Translations under genes and position numbers: made by a program
The notes under the pieces: generated by a model
What the model saw: only the letters and a program-made list of their open reading frames with translations
The model's database searches: none
What the model was told of the DNA's origin: nothing
Shown here: in pieces, positions 26,267-30,102 of the stretch
Layout of the letters: the number at the start of each line of letters is the position of its first letter
Numbering within the stretch: the stretch's first letter is position 1
Source of the DNA: Promethearchaeota archaeon
GTDB taxonomy: Archaea > Asgardarchaeota > Lokiarchaeia > Sigyniarchaeales > SOKP01
Assembly (NCBI GenBank): GCA_048938855.1
Contig: JBHLLT010000028.1
Location: 7,180 to 37,281, forward strand
Direction of reading: 5' to 3'
DNA length: 30,102 nucleotides

Positions 26267-28219
26267 TTAAACGAAGTTTTTTTGAATAAAAATCTCTTGT
26301 ATGAGAGACTCTAATGAAGGAATGTCTGTTGTGTCAATTTTTCTATTCATTTGATAAAATTTGTTAAAACGATCCCATAATTCTTTGTTACTCTTTATAT
26401 TTGTAATAAATGACTTTATTCTGTTTTGGGCAGAATAAGATTGACCCTTGTATACATAACACATTAAAAAAGGTGAGATAGAGTTCATTAGGAGTGTGTA
26501 TTCTCCGAAAGAAGCACGATCAAGCCCTTGGGAAAAGACTTCGTTGATAAATGTATTAATAGCAGTAAAAAACCCTCCAAAAAGGTGATCTTCAAACTTT
26601 TTATCCGTGATAAAAGACTGAGAGAAAAATGGGATACCACCCTCTGAAACAATCAATAGTAAAACCGGTTCTTCATCGGAGAGTTCCGGAACATCGACTT
26701 TTTGTTTTTTTACCATATTTTTTATTTGCTCATCTAGTCTGGAAAGTTTCAAGCGTTCAGATAAGGGTGCTTCTGATTTCTTTAACTTCTCCCATATCTC
26801 TAATTGTCTAAGTAATTCATCATGTTCAAAGGAGATTTTCATTGCCAAGCGTTTCATATTATAGGTTTCTGCTATCTTCTGTGCTTGAGTCAAAAACAAT
26901 CGAGCCGATTTTATATCAAAATCTAGTAAAGCTAATCTAGCTTTAAGTATAAAAGTTTCACAGAAAACTAAATAAGAATTTTGATTTTCCGCGATGGTTA
27001 ATAATTTGGTAATGTAATGATTTAATTCGGCCAAAATCTCATTATCATTATCAATATGATATTCCATGAGAAGTATGTCACAAAGATGGATATGAGCAGC
27101 GATAATAAGATCAAAGGCTATTGTATCAGTTTCTATAAGTTCTTTGAATAATTCTTCTGCTTTTGCTTTATCTCGGATTCGAGAACTTGTTTTTAAAATT
27201 AGGGCTTTAGCGAATTTGTAACCAATATCAATTCCATTGCCTCTTTTCTGGCTATAAATATCTTCCAAACGATGAAAATATTTTTGAGCTAGCTCGTTAT
27301 CTCCATGTTCAACAGTTAAGATTATCAAACTTACAATGGGGGCCTTTATATCAAACCAACTGTGAGGAAGTTGTTCTAAAAGATTTATACTCTCCTCTGA
27401 ATGTTCCACAGCAAGTTCATATTTACCCATTTCACCATATAAATCCCCAATATTATTTAATACAATTGCGATATTAAACCTAGTTTTTATCTTTTTAAAT
27501 AATTCTAAACTCTTTATGTTATATTGCAAGCTTTTATCAATTTCACCAATAGATAAATAATATGCTCCAAAATAGAGTTGACATAAAGCAATCCAGCAGT
27601 GATTAAATTTAATTTCCTTGGCAAGAGATAATGCTTTTTCGATATGCTCCCTGCAAAGATCAAAGTTGCTTTTTACTCGCAATAAATAACTCGCCATTAA
27701 AAGATTAGCCCAGACGATTTCGAATGATTTATCTAATTTTTCTTGCGAATCTAATATCCACACTAGAGATTTCTCAACCATTTCTATTTTACCACCATGC
27801 AATCCAGCAAAAGCTTTTGTTACACTTAAACGAGCTTTCCTTTGAGTTATAATTTCTTTTGACACATTTGAAATAGATTTTAATACTAACTCAGCATTCT
27901 CACAAAGTTTGAATGCCTGCTCAAATTTACCAGCCAAAGCTGATCCAGTAATAATAAAATATAATCCATCAAAAGATTGGAGATTATCATTATATTTTTG
28001 ACCTTCTTCATACATGTTCTCGCCTAAACCAATGAGATCTTCGCCATTATTATGATCAAAAAGAATTAACCCCTTAAGAAACTGAAAATAACTTTTTTGC
28101 TGAAGATTAAGCCCATTATATTGACTTGGATCGTCTAATATTTCAAGAGCTTCATTTAACTTACCCTCATCAAATAACTGCTCCGCTCTTGTTAATTTCT
28201 TTAGGTCTGGCTTGTACAT
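26267..28219 (-). CDS. TPR-repeat protein with C-terminal longin-like domain (tandem copy 1)
   Basis: TPRs (LNNIGDLYGEMGKYELAVEHSEESI) and C-terminal VLLLIVSEGGIPFFSQSF...LFGGFFTAINTFINEVF...LDRASFGEYTLL. Confidence 0.82.
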   Translation of the reverse strand: MYKPDLKKLTRAEQLFDEGKLNEALEILDDPSQYNGLNLQQKSYFQFLKGLILFDHNNGEDLIGLGENMYEEGQKYNDNLQSFDGLYFIITGSALAGKFEQAFKLCENAELVLKSISNVSKEIITQRKARLSVTKAFAGLHGGKIEMVEKSLVWILDSQEKLDKSFEIVWANLLMASYLLRVKSNFDLCREHIEKALSLAKEIKFNHCWIALCQLYFGAYYLSIGEIDKSLQYNIKSLELFKKIKTRFNIAIVLNNIGDLYGEMGKYELAVEHSEESINLLEQLPHSWFDIKAPIVSLIILTVEHGDNELAQKYFHRLEDIYSQKRGNGIDIGYKFAKALILKTSSRIRDKAKAEELFKELIETDTIAFDLIIAAHIHLCDILLMEYHIDNDNEILAELNHYITKLLTIAENQNSYLVFCETFILKARLALLDFDIKSARLFLTQAQKIAETYNMKRLAMKISFEHDELLRQLEIWEKLKKSEAPLSERLKLSRLDEQIKNMVKKQKVDVPELSDEEPVLLLIVSEGGIPFFSQSFITDKKFEDHLFGGFFTAINTFINEVFSQGLDRASFGEYTLLMNSISPFLMCYVYKGQSYSAQNRIKSFITNIKSNKELWDRFNKFYQMNRKIDTTDIPSLESLIQEIFIQKNFV

Positions 28220-28279
28220 AAAATTATCTGATTTGGATTATAGACTTATGAATAGATTAAGCTAAATATCATTTTAAAT

Positions 28280-30100
28280 CTAGTGTTTTATGAGGTTTTT
28301 TTGGATAAAAATCTCCTGTATGAGGGACTCTAATGAAGGTATATCCCTTATGTGAATTTTTCTATTCATTTGAAAAAATTTGTTAATAACTTCCCATAAT
28401 TCATTATTACTCTTTATTTCATTTATAAATGACTTTATTCGGTTTTGGGCTGAATAGGATTGACCCTTGTAAACATAACACATTAAAAAAGGTGAGAGAG
28501 AGTTCATTAGAAGTGTGTATTCTCCGAAAGAAGCACGATTAAGCCCTTCAGAAAAAACTTCGTTAATAAAGGTATTAATAGCAGTAAAAAACCCTCCAAA
28601 AAGGTGATCTTCAAATAATTTATCCTTTATAAACGATTGAGAGAAAAAAGGTATACCACCTTCTGAAGCAATTAATAGTAAAACTGGTTCTTCATCGGAA
28701 AGTTCTGGTATCTCAATAGCTCGTCTTCTTACCATTTTATCCATTTGTTCATTCACTCCAGCGAACTTCCAACGTTCGGTTAAAGGTGCCTCTGATTCTT
28801 TTAGCTTCTCCCATAAGTCTAAATGTTTAAGTAATTCATCATGTTCATAAGAAATTTTCATTGCTAAGCGTTTCATGCTATAGAACTCTGCAATCTTCTG
28901 TGCTTGAGTTAAAAACAAGCGCGCTGATTTTGTATCAAAATTTATTAAAGCTAATTTAGCCTGAAGTATGAAAACTTCACAAAAAACAAAATATGAATGT
29001 TGTTTTTCTGCGATAGTTAATAAATTGGCAATGTAATGATTTAATTCCGTTAAAGTCTCATTATCATTATCAATACGATATTCCATGAGAAGTATTTCAC
29101 AAAGATGGATATGAGCTTTTATAATAATACCAAAATATATAGTATCAGTTTCTATAAGCTCTTGTAATATTTCTTGTGCTTTTGCTTTATCTCGAATTCG
29201 AGAACTTGTTTTTAAAATTAGGGCTTTATCAAATTTGTAAATGAATTCAACATCATCGTTTCTTTTTTGGTTACGAATATCTTCCAAACGATGAAAATAT
29301 TTTTGAGCACGTTCGTTATCTCCATGTTCAGCGGCTAAGGTAATTAAACTTTCAATAGGGGTTTCTATATTACAATAAGGGATCTGCTCGTAAAGATTTA
29401 TACTCTCCTCTAAATGTTCCACAGCAAGTTCATATTCACCTCTTTCACCATATAAATTCCCCATATTATTTAATAGAATTGCAACATTAAGACCTTTACC
29501 CTTAATCTTTTTAAATAATTCTAAACTCTTTATGTAATATTTCAAACTTTTATCCATTTCGCCAATAGTCATATAATATGCTCCAAATTTATGATGACAC
29601 AGTGCAATCCAGTTGTGATTAAATTTTATTTCCTTTGCAAGAAAAAATGCTTTTTTAAGGTATTCTCTACAAAGATCAAAGTTGCTTTTTACTCTCCATA
29701 CATAAGTCGCCATTAGGATATTAGCCCAGACAATTTCAAATGATTTATCGAATTTTTCTTGTGAAACTAAGATCCACTCTAAAGACTTCTCAACCAACCC
29801 TACTTTACCACAATACAATCCAACAAAAGCTTTTACTACACTTAAACGAGCTTTTCTTTGAGTTATAATTTCCATAGACACATTTGAAATAGAGTTTAAT
29901 ATTGACTCAGCTTTATCAAAAAATTTGAACGCTTCCTCATTTTTACCAGTTCTAACTAATCCAATAATAATGAAATATAATCCATCAAAAGATTGGAGTT
30001 TATTATTACATTTCTGACCTTCTTCATAAATTGTCTCGCCAAAACCAATGAGATCGTCCCATTTATTAAGATACCAGAGAATTAATCCCTTAAGAAACTG
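28280..30100 (-). CDS. TPR-repeat protein with C-terminal longin-like domain (tandem copy 2; 5' end outside the window)
   Basis: The frame stays open upstream of the track start at 29881 to the window edge (QFLKGLILWYLNKWDDLIGFGE...), collinear with copy 1. Confidence 0.82.
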   Translation of the reverse strand, partial: QFLKGLILWYLNKWDDLIGFGETIYEEGQKCNNKLQSFDGLYFIIIGLVRTGKNEEAFKFFDKAESILNSISNVSMEIITQRKARLSVVKAFVGLYCGKVGLVEKSLEWILVSQEKFDKSFEIVWANILMATYVWRVKSNFDLCREYLKKAFFLAKEIKFNHNWIALCHHKFGAYYMTIGEMDKSLKYYIKSLELFKKIKGKGLNVAILLNNMGNLYGERGEYELAVEHLEESINLYEQIPYCNIETPIESLITLAAEHGDNERAQKYFHRLEDIRNQKRNDDVEFIYKFDKALILKTSSRIRDKAKAQEILQELIETDTIYFGIIIKAHIHLCEILLMEYRIDNDNETLTELNHYIANLLTIAEKQHSYFVFCEVFILQAKLALINFDTKSARLFLTQAQKIAEFYSMKRLAMKISYEHDELLKHLDLWEKLKESEAPLTERWKFAGVNEQMDKMVRRRAIEIPELSDEEPVLLLIASEGGIPFFSQSFIKDKLFEDHLFGGFFTAINTFINEVFSEGLNRASFGEYTLLMNSLSPFLMCYVYKGQSYSAQNRIKSFINEIKSNNELWEVINKFFQMNRKIHIRDIPSLESLIQEIFIQKNLIKH

Positions 30101-30102
30101 AA

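Larger units (their letters stand above)
26210..30102 (-). repeat. Tandem ~2-kb gene duplication including 3' flank
   Basis: High nucleotide similarity between the two TPR-longin genes. The shared flank gatttggattata...atgaatagattaagctaa...ttttaaatctagtgtt occurs at about 26212-26268 and 28230-28287. Confidence 0.85.

Noticed and set aside
28280-29881. N-terminally truncated or pseudogene TPR copy
   Set aside because: The frame is open to the window edge, so the short call is an edge artefact.
26267-30102. Diversity-generating retroelement template/variable repeat pair
   Set aside because: There is no reverse transcriptase in the window, and the differences span the whole gene and are not visibly adenine-specific. 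Ordinary duplication fits.
1-30102. CRISPR array, IS/transposase, rRNA, tRNA
   Set aside because: No regularly spaced repeats, transposase motifs or RNA-gene consensus were recognised by eye.

Overview
AT-rich archaeal DNA, most likely Asgard/Lokiarchaeia. This is inferred from three Rab-like small GTPases, TPR proteins with C-terminal longin-like domains, tandem winged-helix/TPR proteins, GGTGA-type Shine-Dalgarno sites, TATA boxes and oligo-T terminators. The left part holds carbohydrate and metabolic genes: a PfkB/KdgK kinase, GH5, GH20, pirin, an amidohydrolase and an AbfD/HpaB-family enzyme. The best candidate for a new system is in the centre (13.1-16.9 kb). There a cobalamin-binding radical SAM enzyme with a SPASM-like Cys-rich C-terminus lies directly downstream of two tandemly duplicated small proteins (89 and 82 aa). 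These share a conserved C-terminal NYETIG motif, and each has its own copy of a conserved promoter, which suggests a RiPP-like or protein-modification cluster. The right part is a paralog-rich signalling neighbourhood (GTPase with wHTH-wHTH-TPR twice, tandem TPR-longin genes, a SET domain, PepF) and contains a strongly structured ~200-nt intergenic element at 17.9-18.1 kb. Several genes appear to use non-AUG starts. No rRNA, tRNA, CRISPR array or transposase was recognised. All assignments come from reading motifs by eye; no database search was run.
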